Part shown: positions 46,670-58,195 of the stretch, piece after piece | Position numbering within the stretch: position 1 is the first letter of the stretch | How the letters are laid out: every line of letters starts with the position of its first letter | Source of the DNA: Lobosporangium transversale | Lineage: Eukaryota | Direction: 5' to 3' | NCBI RefSeq assembly: GCF_002105155.1 | Contig: NW_019029018.1 | Coordinates: 310,001 to 374,000, forward strand | DNA length: 64,000 nucleotides | The notes under the pieces: model-generated | Told to the model about the DNA's origin: nothing | Databases searched by the model: none | The model's input: only the letters and a program-made list of their open reading frames with translations | Made by a program: the position numbers and the translations under genes

Positions 46670-48850
46670 AAGTGATACCTGCTGTGTGGGAAAGGAGCAA
46701 AAAAGGTGTGTGTATCCAAGAATGTTAGAGAAGGGCGAATCAATGAAAAGGATGAAAGTAATAAAGGCAAATGGAAGCAAAGGAATGCAAATGAAGACAT
46801 GAAAGTAAAGAAAATAATGAGGGCAATGAAGCCAAGGGAGGGGCAATGAAGGCAATGGCAATGGCAATGAAAGCAAAAATAAAAAATAAAAAATAAAATA
46901 ATTGGAACTGGGGCGCATGGTCGCCTGGACAAATGAAACAAATAAACAAACAAACAAACAAAAGCAAGAACAAGAGAAGACAGTATTCTACTCAAGCTGT
47001 CCAATGCAAAGGTATTTTTTTTTTATTATTTTCTATCAATTTCAATCCCTTGACAAGTTCTTCTTACTGAATGCAGGCTAATCTCATCCATGCTTGTCTT
47101 CATGGTGTCTAGAGTGCTGAATATTGTAGCTTTGTGCAGATGTGCAATGTGTAAAGTGGAAAAAAAAGTTTCGGTCTGTAATAATAACAATAAAATACAA
47201 GGAATTGTAGCGATATAAATAAGCAATAAAGACGTGAACAGAGTGGATGTTGGAAAGAGAGACAGCAAAAGAGAAAGAGAGATAGAGACTGTGTGTCTGT
47301 GTAATAAAAAAATAAAAATAAAAAAATAAAAAAAAGTCGTTACAAATGAAGGATGAAGAAAGAGAGAAAGAGGAAGAGTAAAGAAGACGATGAAAGAGGA
47401 ATTGTCAATTGCTCTGTTCAACAAGAATGGGAGTGAAGGAAACGAGCGTTGGGAGAGTGTATGTACACTAAAAAAAAAAGAAAAAGAAAAAAGAAGGAAG
47501 GAAGGAAGGAAGGAAGAATAGGAAAGGGAGTAAAAGGAGTAAAAAAGAAGCAAGGATCAACAACATCCCAACCTAATTCAAGCATGATCAACATCAATAT
47601 CAATATGGACATGCTTTCGCTCATTTTCATCTGCATGTGTCCGTGGATGGGGCGAGAAGAGAAACAGAAAAGGTTAAGAGGGTGGATGAGGCGTAGTCAT
47701 CACTTGACTTGACTGGGCTGTGCTTTTTTTTTTTTTTTTTTTTTTCCTCTGGGTAAATTGAGAGTGATGTGGATGTGCATCACTGGAAAAAAAAATGCTC
47801 ATCACTTTGTTCCTTGGAATTGCTCTCACACCCTCTGCATCATACCCCATTGATATGACATCTATGTGGCTGTGGATGGGATTGATGCTGCGCCATGGAT
47901 AATTATGAACCAAACAGACATCAGAGTCGTATCACGCCACAGCACTTTGTTTGTTCTTTTTTGCTATTGAGCAGAAGGAAGCTTTTTAAGCGGTCGATCG
48001 ATCGTTCTTTTTAGCATTTTATTTTGTTTACAAAAGTAACCATGGTACATGGTGCGGTTTCTGAAAATAAATTATTCATTTAAGAAGATCATTATTAGTA
48101 TTCATGCAATAATTGCAAAGTGCTGTACCTTTTTACCACCTTCCATCTCCCCTTACTCCGAGGAGATTCCCTTTCTGTCTTTTCAAAAAATAGAATGGAA
48201 TGCCCGATCATATCACATCAGGAAATAATTTAATTAAAAAAAAAAAAAAAAAAAAAAAAATCCCAATTGCTTGACTCTTGCTTCACTTCGCAGCAATGCT
48301 CCACATGCCAAACAAATATGATGTGTGGAATAAAAAAGTGCACAGACGCATGGGAAAAAAAACATTTTGCATTTGCAAGAATGTACTGTATTAGAGACCT
48401 ATTTTGGAAAAGCATTCATTCATTAACACGACACATGTGCAAGATCAAGCCAATGATCATCAAGAAATTGAATTACATGGGTTTTGTCATTCATTCTATT
48501 AAAATGAAAAAAGAAATAAAATAAAAAAGATGAAATTGATCATTCCAATCTCTTCATTACTCCTCCTTTTGTTTTTCTCCATAGCAATCAATATACATGT
48601 TTTAGCAATGGGAAGCAATTCCCTGCTCCCTGTTGGAAACCTTGCAACAAATGAAAATGATGAGACATCAGATGGTGAATCAATTGCCCTAAATCCTACA
48701 AGTTCTTCTGAATCAATTAGTACAAGAAAAGCGCCTTTTCGTTGCTTCACCGTCAACAGCCTTCAGGAGAAGGAGCTTCTCACCAGTGATCTAAGCTGGA
48801 AGCGAAGCAGTAGCGATTTTTGAGAACAAGCACGTGCTGGTTCAATTTTT

Positions 48851-48970
48851 CAGCATGCTGGTTCGTTTTTTCAGCATGCTGGTTCGTTTTTCCAGCATGC
48901 TGGTTCGTTTTTCCAGCATGCTGGTTCGTTTTTCCAGCATGCTGGTTCGTTTTTCCAGCATGCTGGTTCG
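48851..48970. repeat. 21-bp tandem repeat (6 units) inside left TIR
   Basis: CAGCATGCTGGTTCGTTTTTC units at 48851, 48872, 48893, 48914, 48935 and 48956. Confidence 0.95.
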
Positions 48971-49246
48971 ATATTTCAGCATACTTGTTAAAATTTATTA
49001 AAATTTTTAACTTGCTTAACCAAGTGCTCCTCCATGCACTGCTACCTCAGACATCATTCGCATTTATTTTAGAATCTCGAGCATCAATAAAAGCTTGATT
49101 ACTCACAGCTACAGAATGGATAATCCTCATTCAAACATTTGTCAGTTTTGTATATGCACATGCCTAAAAAAAGATGTCAGCCATAGTTTGGCATCTGTTT
49201 TAGAAATTAAGCGTTGCCATAGAAGTCCTTTATTTTAATAAAAAAG

Positions 49247-52160
49247 TTAGCTGCTACTGCTACAACTCTGTAATTTTTTCAGGGCAGAGACAAAGCTGTG
49301 ATAAAATATGATGTTACGGAAGTTTTGATTGGTCATTCGGTTTCTGCGTGCAGACAGGATCCATCCGGCTCTGCTGAATAACCTTTCAGAATCATTGGAA
49401 GTAGCCTGGACAGAAAGGTATGCTCGTGCAAATGGAGCAATATAATCCATTCCTCTTAATCCCTTGTCCTTTTGCTCCTTCCAGTAAAGCTCAGGAGTAA
49501 AAGCAAAACGCGCGATGTCCATCATCGGCGTTCTTGAAATAGACGCATCATAATATACCATATCGACACTAACTATCGAATGGTAATATTCTTGTTCCAA
49601 AAGAGGAAGTTGATCCCAACATGCTCCATCTTGGGTGGCGGCAAACTTTTTTGCTGCATCTCTGGTCACCTCTAGAGCTTTCTTCCTGAGAGAGTCACCA
49701 TTGGTTGTCATTATGTCTTTAATGATACTCAAGGTCACCGGGTTCAGGAATAGCGATATGAGCATAACATCGGGAATGTCATCCACGGCCCACATCGTAT
49801 TGATAAGCCTGTTAAGGTTTCTCCAGAGCTCCTGTGCCGTCTCGGTGTCGTATGTGCGAGAGTCCGGTAGCAACTCTTTCAACTTCACATACATTTGTGA
49901 CAGTTTTGGATGGTCGGTACTGCCCACCCATTCAGTGAATTTGGCTGCATCTGTCATCATATGAATGATTTCACGGAGAGCTTTGACCTCATCACGATCG
50001 AGTAGGTTTGGCTCTAATTCCTTTGCTTTCAACCTTATCTCCCTTTTTTCGGAGGATTCCATGCGATGGTAGGTGCGAGAAATTGCTTGAGAGTAAAGTA
50101 GCACTCTATTTGCCATCTTGTACTGGGAGTTCCATCTTGTAATGTTCCTCGACAGCAACTTGGCACCCTTGCCTTCCTGTTCTTCCACTAAGATAGACAT
50201 CGCCGCGGCATTGCCTCTGAAAAAAACTGAAATATCTTGGCACTTGTCCAATAATTTCTTAGCGGGCTCGCATAGCTCCAAAGACTTATTGATGCAAAGC
50301 TGGATCTTATGTGAGGCGCATGCCAACCAGTGCACCCCCTTGTGATCTTCTTGGTAGAGAGCTATCGCTTTTTTTATATTAGCACCTTGGTCTGTTGTTG
50401 CGCAAATGAGTCTTTCGCTCATATCCATGCTATCAATAGCCTCAGCTGGTAAATGAATCAAAAGACCACAAAAAAAAAAAAAAAAAAAAAAAAAACGTTA
50501 AGAACGTTAAGAACGTTGCAATACTTATGAAAATATAAAGATAAGGGGCAGATGTATCAGCATTTCACTTACCAAACTTCCGGTGAATATTTTGGGATGT
50601 TTGCACCCCATAGACTTGTTCCATCCCTATTGCAATAGATACTGGCTCGAAATTTGGCGTGAAAAAATGCATTGTAGTCCCCAAGAACTTCCTGTGATCG
50701 ACGCTTGTCCAGCAATCTGTCGTGACGGCAGCGTAAAGCTTATAATAGGTAATGTACTCTTTGATTTCGCGTCTCATCTCTCGAACTCGTCGATCCATCC
50801 TGTCTTGCATAGCCATTGTGGTAGGGATATTGAAATAAGGATTGGTCATTTCAATGATTGATCTGAAGATCGTCGAATTAACTGCATCGAATGCCACTCC
50901 ATTGGAGGCTATGTGCAGTAAAAGCGTATCCTCGAATGCTTCTTGTTCATGAGGGAGCGGCTTCTTGAGGCTCTCATTAACAATCTCATCTCGTGCGATG
51001 TCGAATTTTGCCTTTCTTGGTGGAGCCACGTCAACTTCTTCCGGATCAGGTGGCAGCATGATACCTTTAACCCTGCTCTGGTAATTGCGAAATTCTTGGA
51101 GGGCACTATATAAATCGCCATGGCACTGAGTTAAGTGAACAGATATTGAATATCCACTCCCAGTTTTCTTGTATGTAGTACCGCAGATTACTCCATCTTT
51201 CAGGACCAGACACTGGAATTCTTCCTTGCTTGATTTGAAAAAATGACCAATCACGCTGTTTTTGCGAAAGGATTTTTGATTTGGAATCAGGGCTAATGCT
51301 TTTTGAGAGGGAGGGGCGTCAGAGCATTGTTCTGGCGTAGGAATGGTACCAAAATCCAGTAACTCGTACAAATCATACCATCCGTTTGATGCAAAATGAC
51401 TATCCCTCAGCTCAATCCGCCGGTTGGCCAATGCTTCAGCATCAATGGCACGTGTAAAGTCAAAAGAGGGAAGATTAATAGATCTTGAACGCGTAAAGTT
51501 AATATTGCGCTGTTGCGTGGAGCTCAATGTAGAAATCGAGGAGACTGAAGATGGGCCTGGTTTTGACTCCCGATATTGGGAGAAGCTGTTGGATGAACGG
51601 AGAGATGACAGTGGGGCTTGCTGTGCAGCAAGTAGCGTATGATTATAACGTGATGTAGGCAAAGCTGTTGATGATTGAGAACGTCCAAACGTCCTTGGTC
51701 TGGCATGATGAACCGATTGCGCAAATCCACCGGGAGGAGAAGAAGTTTTGATGAACCTCCTCTTTTCGCGACCAATGCTTACCATGGGTCTCATCGTCTG
51801 GGATGAAGACGAGATTGGGTTCGCACCAAGATAGGAGTCTAGTACCTCAAGCTCATCACACGGCATATCTTGCGTCTCGAACGATTCGCCATTGTAGGCT
51901 GCATCACTAGTTTGGGGAGAATCGATTCTATTTGCTGGAAGACTTTTCTGGAGTTGCATTCTTCGTTCGATTTGATTTCGGCGAGGTATAAGGGTCTCTT
52001 CCTCGTCCTCGTCCTCGTCCTCGTCACTGGTGTGCTCCTCCTGATACTCATTCCCCTCCTCGTGTCCATCCTCATACTCATCCTCATCTTCATCCTCATC
52101 CTCATACCCCTGTTCTCCATTCTCATCCTGGTGAAGAGGATCATGTGTATGATTTGCCAT
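49247..52160 (-). CDS. hAT transposase, 928 aa (intron 50446-50572)
   Basis: In-frame GT..AG intron. BED-like C..C..H..H, TTDCWTS, TTDQGAN, CASH, TRWNS, ATSNDSERLFS. Confidence 0.93.
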
Positions 52161-54589
52161 TATTTCTTAAAGATTTTGTGTGAAAGTAAAACGGGTAACA
52201 ATGGAAAGAAGATAAAGAAGATAAAGAAGATAAAGAAGATAAAGAAGATAAAGAAGATAAAGGCAACGTTGTAGCATTCAATTGGTGTTTGGTTTTGTGT
52301 AGCATGAAAACCTTTCTGTTCCACCAGCTGCAGTTAGCACGCCATTTTTGTTTTTTTGTGAAGAGGCAATGAAGGGTGACTATGGCTGACATCTTTTTTT
52401 AGGCATGTGCATATACAAAACTGACAAATGTTTGAATGAGGATTATCCATTCTGTAGCTGTGAGTAATCAAGCTTTTATTGATGCTCGAGATTCTAAAAT
52501 AAATGCGAATGATGTCTGAGGTAGCAGTGCATGGAGGAGCACTTGGTTAAGCAAGTTAAAAATTTTAATAAATTTTAACAAGTATGCTGAAATATCGAAC
52601 CAGCATGCTGAAAAAATTAACCAGCACGTGCTTGTTCTCAAAAATCGCTACTGCTTCGTTTCCAGCTTAGATCACTGTTGGGAGTATGTGCCCAATCAAT
52701 TGAAAGAACTGGATTCTGCTGAAGTTACACAAGTCTTCACTTTGAACAAAAAGACACTATGGGGAAAGCTAGTTGTTCAGATGAATGTTGGCGCGATGAA
52801 TAGTGACATTTTCTGTCATTTTAAACATTTATTATGTTTGTAGGTGAAATGAGAATGTTTGTAGGTGAAATGAGATGAGCCTGAGTAGCTTGCATAATAT
52901 TATACATGTACATGATTTTGTCTACGCTCGTCTGTCTCATGAAGAAGCGGCTATCCAAAGTGTTCAAGCTTGATATGTGATATGCTATAATGGATAATTA
53001 TAAATCCTTTTTATTTGTTTATTATGGTCATTACTAACCTTGAAAAGCTTTATTGTGTGAACATGTATAGCATTGCACTTTCAGGGCTTATAAATGCAGT
53101 ATGATTTGATCCTCAACTTTCCTTTGACATTACAACTATTGAACGAAATGGATTCAAATAGATTTTCTCCAAACCCAGCAAAACTATTTTCTTTCTTCAT
53201 CTCGTTGAGAAGATTATAATTAATGGCTGGTGGATAGTGACTCGTTTACGCGTACGATTTTCAGCCATTTTTCTTCCATCTACCTTTCTTTCTCCACCAT
53301 TTTTTTTATCTCTCCATATCTCTATGCACCCCATCACTTACCCACCTTTTGATCTTACCTCTTCGCAAGTCTTTATATTTTGCTTACTCTGATTGCCATT
53401 TCTTTTGTCTCTCGCCGCATTCCTTTAGCTTCGTTTTCACTCTGGGTATCTTCATATTAGTTTAACTCCCCGCTCTTCGCTTCATCCATTTCTCTTCCAC
53501 TTCTCTTCCACTTCTCCTCGCCTACTTTTCTTTTCCTCTTCTTTGCCCCTCCTCTGTCTATTGTCTAACCTGTCCACGCTGTCTCTTCACGCTGTCAATT
53601 TTCATACATGCTCCATCAATCTTCAAGCTATCTTCATGCATATGCCTCACCAATCTTCATATTAAATTCAATGCTCACGTACCCTATCAAAAGTGAAAAA
53701 TGTACAGATTCCCGTCATTGATTTTATTCTGCTCCTCCTTCACATCGTACAATTTTTTTTTTTTTTGCATACTCAATCAGTTACTCGCCAACATCTAATC
53801 TTCGTAGGGCAATGTTAATAAAGCCAAGGTCCTTAGCGCTCTCTTTCTCGTTTCTTTGTTTAGGTGTTTCCGCCCCCCTCTGCATGTACGTTGAAAGACT
53901 GTAAATGGATACTTTACAAAGTGAGACTGAGGGTATGTCTGAAAGCGAGAACTCTGTTGCGATTTTTGCTCTATCTCCCTATGGCCACATGGCCGATTCT
54001 ACGCAGAATAATCTTTTCAGTAGTGGATCAAGAGTGGCTTATGTGATTCAATTGAGCCAGGACTACGAGAGTAATCGCATGCTTTCAATATGTGGTTATA
54101 GATCATCTGCTCTCGCCCATTCTATCTTACTTTGTAGGCGCAAACATTCCTACATTGAAGGTATATACAAGCATTTCTGCACAAGCTATCACCACTCAGT
54201 CTTTTGTATGTACACTCTTTGCAGTTGGGCTGTTGTGTGCACTCTTTAAAGTTGGTATTCTTGAATTCTTATGAAAATAAGATGGGCTGTTGTGTGCGCT
54301 CTTTAAAAGTGAACGTTCATGTATCCTTGTGTACACACCACAACGCCGCCCTGTTCCACACCAAATGCATATTTATAATATAAATAGTCGTAGGCTTTCC
54401 AGCGGTTTCCCATAACGCGCTTCAACCTGTACACGATAATCCACCTTAATATCGTAAGTATTTCAACTTCGCAATGTATATCGCTTCTAATTGCAACTGC
54501 TTTTCCAACTTCCACAACTGCTTACTCTTTTAATTTAATACTGATTTGGTACCATATATTACGTTTATTGCCTTTTAAGCCTCGCGACC

Positions 54590-54979
54590 ATGAAACTCGT
54601 TCTCTTTGCTGCTCTCCTGTCACCTGTCTTGGCTGGTATTCCTTTCCGTGGTGCATGTACTTTTCTCCAACCCAACTCATGTGGAGATTGTTACTCTAAT
54701 GGTGTAGTCTGCAAGATAGTGAGGACCGATAATAACCAAGATCTTTCCTTCACAGCCGAAAGGTGGACACAGATTAAGGATAACAGATACTACATGGCAT
54801 GTGACAAGAATAGCTGGGTTTGTGTTGAGAACGACATCCAAAACAAAGACTGGATAACAATTTATGCCGACTCCAGAAAGAAATCGCATTACGATGGTAG
54901 ATCAGTTAGGACACCGTGTACCTCACCTGGTTGTGGTAAAGGCGTTCGAACCGTGTATAGCTTCAAAGTGACAGTGTAG
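54590..54979 (+). CDS. Small secreted Cys-rich protein (129 aa)
   Basis: Signal peptide MKLVLFAALLSPVLA; 8 Cys in the mature region; intact single ORF. Confidence 0.8.
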   Translation: MKLVLFAALLSPVLAGIPFRGACTFLQPNSCGDCYSNGVVCKIVRTDNNQDLSFTAERWTQIKDNRYYMACDKNSWVCVENDIQNKDWITIYADSRKKSHYDGRSVRTPCTSPGCGKGVRTVYSFKVTV

Positions 54980-55000
54980 TTTTTTTTTTAAAAAAAAATA

Positions 55001-55195
55001 TATTGATTTTAGTATCAAGTGTCCAGTATGGCATACTAGTGCTGCGTACCAAAGTAACAAAAATGGTATCATGAAAGAAGATTTTAGTATTACTTTCCAT
55101 GGGTTTTGTGCCGGTCAGTTTTTGTGTTAGTATCACTTGCATCTTGTTTACGAATGTCTGGTATCACTTCCATGTGCTCTCGACAAAAAAAATGG
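55001..55195. repeat. Dispersed repeat, copy B (internally shorter)
   Basis: Aligns to both ends of 23230-23604, including the AGTATG-G-CATACT core. Confidence 0.8.
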
Positions 55196-55258
55196 GCGCT
55201 CGGGCGGGGGTGGAAATGATGCTAATATGCGTTTGCGGGATTCGGATTGTCCTTTAGA

Positions 55259-55457
55259 GCATTGCCCACATTGTCCATCAACACACTATCCATCAGCGCA
55301 TTATCCATTAGCACATTATCCACCAGCATATTATCCACCAGCACATTATCCATTAGCATATTATCCATCAGTACATTATCAGCCAGTACATTATCCATCG
55401 GCGCACTGTCTACCATCCCATTGCCCAGCATCCCATTGCCCAGCATCCCATTGCCCA
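55259..55457. repeat. 15-bp minisatellite (CATTATCCATCAGCA-like)
   Basis: About 13 degenerate tandem units, which produce periodic ORFs on both strands. Confidence 0.85.
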
Positions 55458-55887
55458 TATGCTCTATCCACATCATCCCACCCAAAGCTCGCGCCAGTGC
55501 CTCTGTTCGTTTCCCAGTTACCCTCACCGTCCGCCAACATCCAAGACGATCCATCAAGGACCAGCACCCATATTTTCAACAGCAGCTGAGGTTCTCTCGC
55601 ACCTTATGTCGCCAAGCGCGAATGCCTATACAAAAGCTCTGTCATCCGAGGGCAAGATTACAAAGGAGAGGCCTATATCTGGCCCTACGTGGGACAATCT
55701 GGAGACACCGCTTTCACCTCCCCTTTCACCACTGTTGCCTACACAACCACTAGACAAGTCCAAGGCGCCTCATCGTTCCAGGCTCTCACCTACCTTTTCA
55801 CCAATGTTGTCTCCGCCATCTCTAGACAAGCCAAAGGCATCTAACCGTTCTAGAAGTAGATCCCCCTCAAATGTTAAAACATAGTAT

Positions 55888-58195
55888 ATGCATGTACTGA
55901 AAGATATGAAAAATACAAAATATGTTCTCAATAAACAACTGTTATATCGATCCTCAATAGAATTCTTCCCCAAACTGCCTGAAAGCAAGAGTGTAGACGC
56001 ACTCCCTCCGCCTCCAGAGGATTCATGTAAGATACACAAGCAGCAATTGATCCACGTTCCATACCAGGCAAGAATAAAGATCGAGCGCATTGGCAACCTT
56101 GAGAAAGCTCGCCATACTGGTTTCCACTACCATCAGCATCCACCATCTATTAAGCCGACCGCAGAGGCTATGGCATCATTCGTGGATATGGTGAAGGTGG
56201 CATCAGAGGTGGGGCCCAAGATGTTGTTAGTTGGTACGGATACTCGACCGTCTGTCTTGGAGCTCCATGGTTCATTTAATAACCTCGGTCGTACTGCACA
56301 CCACAGAAGGAAAATCTTAAATGGAATTAAGAAACCTTGGAATATCACTTCTTTGGCTGCATTCGATCGCGATTATAAGATGATGGGGCCCATCAGCTTA
56401 TTGGAAGATGAAGCACACATTATTATTCAGGCGGAGTTCATGAAGGAAATGCTTCGAAGCATGGATGGCTGTATACAGACTGACTCAATTGAATCATTTT
56501 TTCATGATGAGAATTTTCCAAATATCAACATTACGTTCACAAGCGCGTTCAATTTTGTGATCAACAGGACGGTACCCGTTGTGATGTCAATGCTTTTTGG
56601 GAAAACACAAAAGCATTATAAGCACCATTTTCTGGCAATGTTTAAATACTTACCTTTCAAAACATTTATTGAATTTACTGAGGGCTTTCCTGGAATGGTC
56701 TGTGACTTCAATGAGGCGGAACGTGTGGGGTTTGAGCTTGCTGTCCGCGAATATTTTAGGCTCGGTGACAATCATGAAGTACGGCTGGAGAACCACTGCA
56801 GATTCTGTGAAGTCCATTTCCGTCGGTCCTTAATGAGAGTGCAGGGGAATTCTGCCGTAATCCCACCTTCAGAAGAACTGGCTTTCAATCGCAAGTGTCT
56901 AGATCTTCTCGACAAGCACACTGAAGAAAAGTTCCATGGGCTTATTCAAGATCTGGTAGAATCTTTTCCAAGGACAAAAAAATGGATCGATTGGTACATG
57001 CATCCAAATTGAGCGAAATGTATTTTCCAATCTCTTTCTAATGTTGACATTTCAAAGTTCTCAAAGGATACAAATGCCCAAGAGAGTTTGGGAGGGGACT
57101 TTAAGCGCCATGCACCAACTAATAAAAAGGGTATGAATGTCAGGGATACGTATGATTACGGCTGCCGTTACTTGAAGCTAATCGAGCGCGATATTAAACA
57201 AGCCTTGAAGGGATCGACGCTAAGGTACCACCGCTATAAGTACCCTGGGAGAAAAAAAAAAAAGCAGCCCACAGCAACGATGGTCGCGCGCCAGATTGTA
57301 ACAAGACACTGTTCCCCGAAATATTTAAGCGGCAACGTCGAGCAAGTCGCCCTAAAGGAAGTAAGAACAAAGTTCCCAAGCTAGCGATCGACGAAGAATG
57401 GGAAGGCCTCGCAATACCATGACAGGTCCAATATGAGGACTTCAACGCAATCAATACATGTCCTTTAGACGCTCCTCTTATGCTTTGGGTGCTTTTACGT
57501 AGGTTTTCCGGAATGTGCTATTCAACAGCTACCTTAGCGGCCTCCGAAGGAGCCGTACTGGAAGAGGTCGTAAAATTGGTATTAGCAAAAGAGCACGCCA
57601 AGGCAAGACGGATGTGGTGCAAAGAGATCTTAGGTTTGACGGAAGGCGAGCATGACTTATGGGGTCTGTTGAGAATACCTTTACTGATCATTTGCAAGGC
57701 TTGGCTACATTCAAAGTCACTTACGACTCGACGTGTTCTGAAGAGGGATGCCCCAATCGAAGTTCGAAAGAGACACAAAGTTCTGCTTATTTTTTCATGA
57801 GGGGAAATGCACGGCACATTAATCAAGGAAGTTTTGATATGTCGGTTAAGAAAGAACACACTCCCTGTTCTTTGCCAATGCAGACCCAGGGATCCCGCAA
57901 GCGAATGCTTTCATTTAATGTCGACAGTGGAACGTTGGAATCCCTGGATGTGTGCAGTGGCATGCGAGCATATTCCCGAATGGAGGTAGTTGAATGGCCA
58001 CTACTACTCATTATCGACTGCCTTCAAGCATAACACGACTCTCCAGGGCCATTCGTTTGCCCAGACCGATATATTTGTTTCGATGGCGAGGATCTTAATT
58101 TGGCGGGGGTTATACTCCACAGTCAGAGCCAAGGGCATTATACGAGCATGGCTCTGATCAAGGGGCGCTGGGTGTACTATGATGGTATGAAGTAG
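55888..58195 (+). mobile_element. Mutator-like (MULE) transposase pseudogene with C-terminal Cys-protease-like region
   Basis: QTDS, GMVCDF, CEVH (CxxH), WIDW, in-frame TGA at 57010, TNAQES. Downstream NTCPLD and GHYTSM..WVYYDG. Confidence 0.75.

Larger units (their letters stand above)
48784..52677 (-). mobile_element. hAT DNA transposon with long TIRs (48784-49187 and 52379-52677)
   Basis: Near-identical inverted termini starting CAGTGATCTAAGCTGG flank a full-length hAT transposase. Confidence 0.95.

Noticed and set aside
48820..49098. 92-aa ORF with ACWFVFP repeats
   Set aside because: It is simply the translation of the 21-bp TIR repeat.
52205..52262. (AAGATAAAG)n repeat, and the GA-rich tract at 29340-29450
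   Set aside because: Ordinary simple repeats.
55137..55753. Overlapping periodic ORFs on both strands
   Set aside because: Explained by the 15-bp minisatellite; no frame can be favoured.
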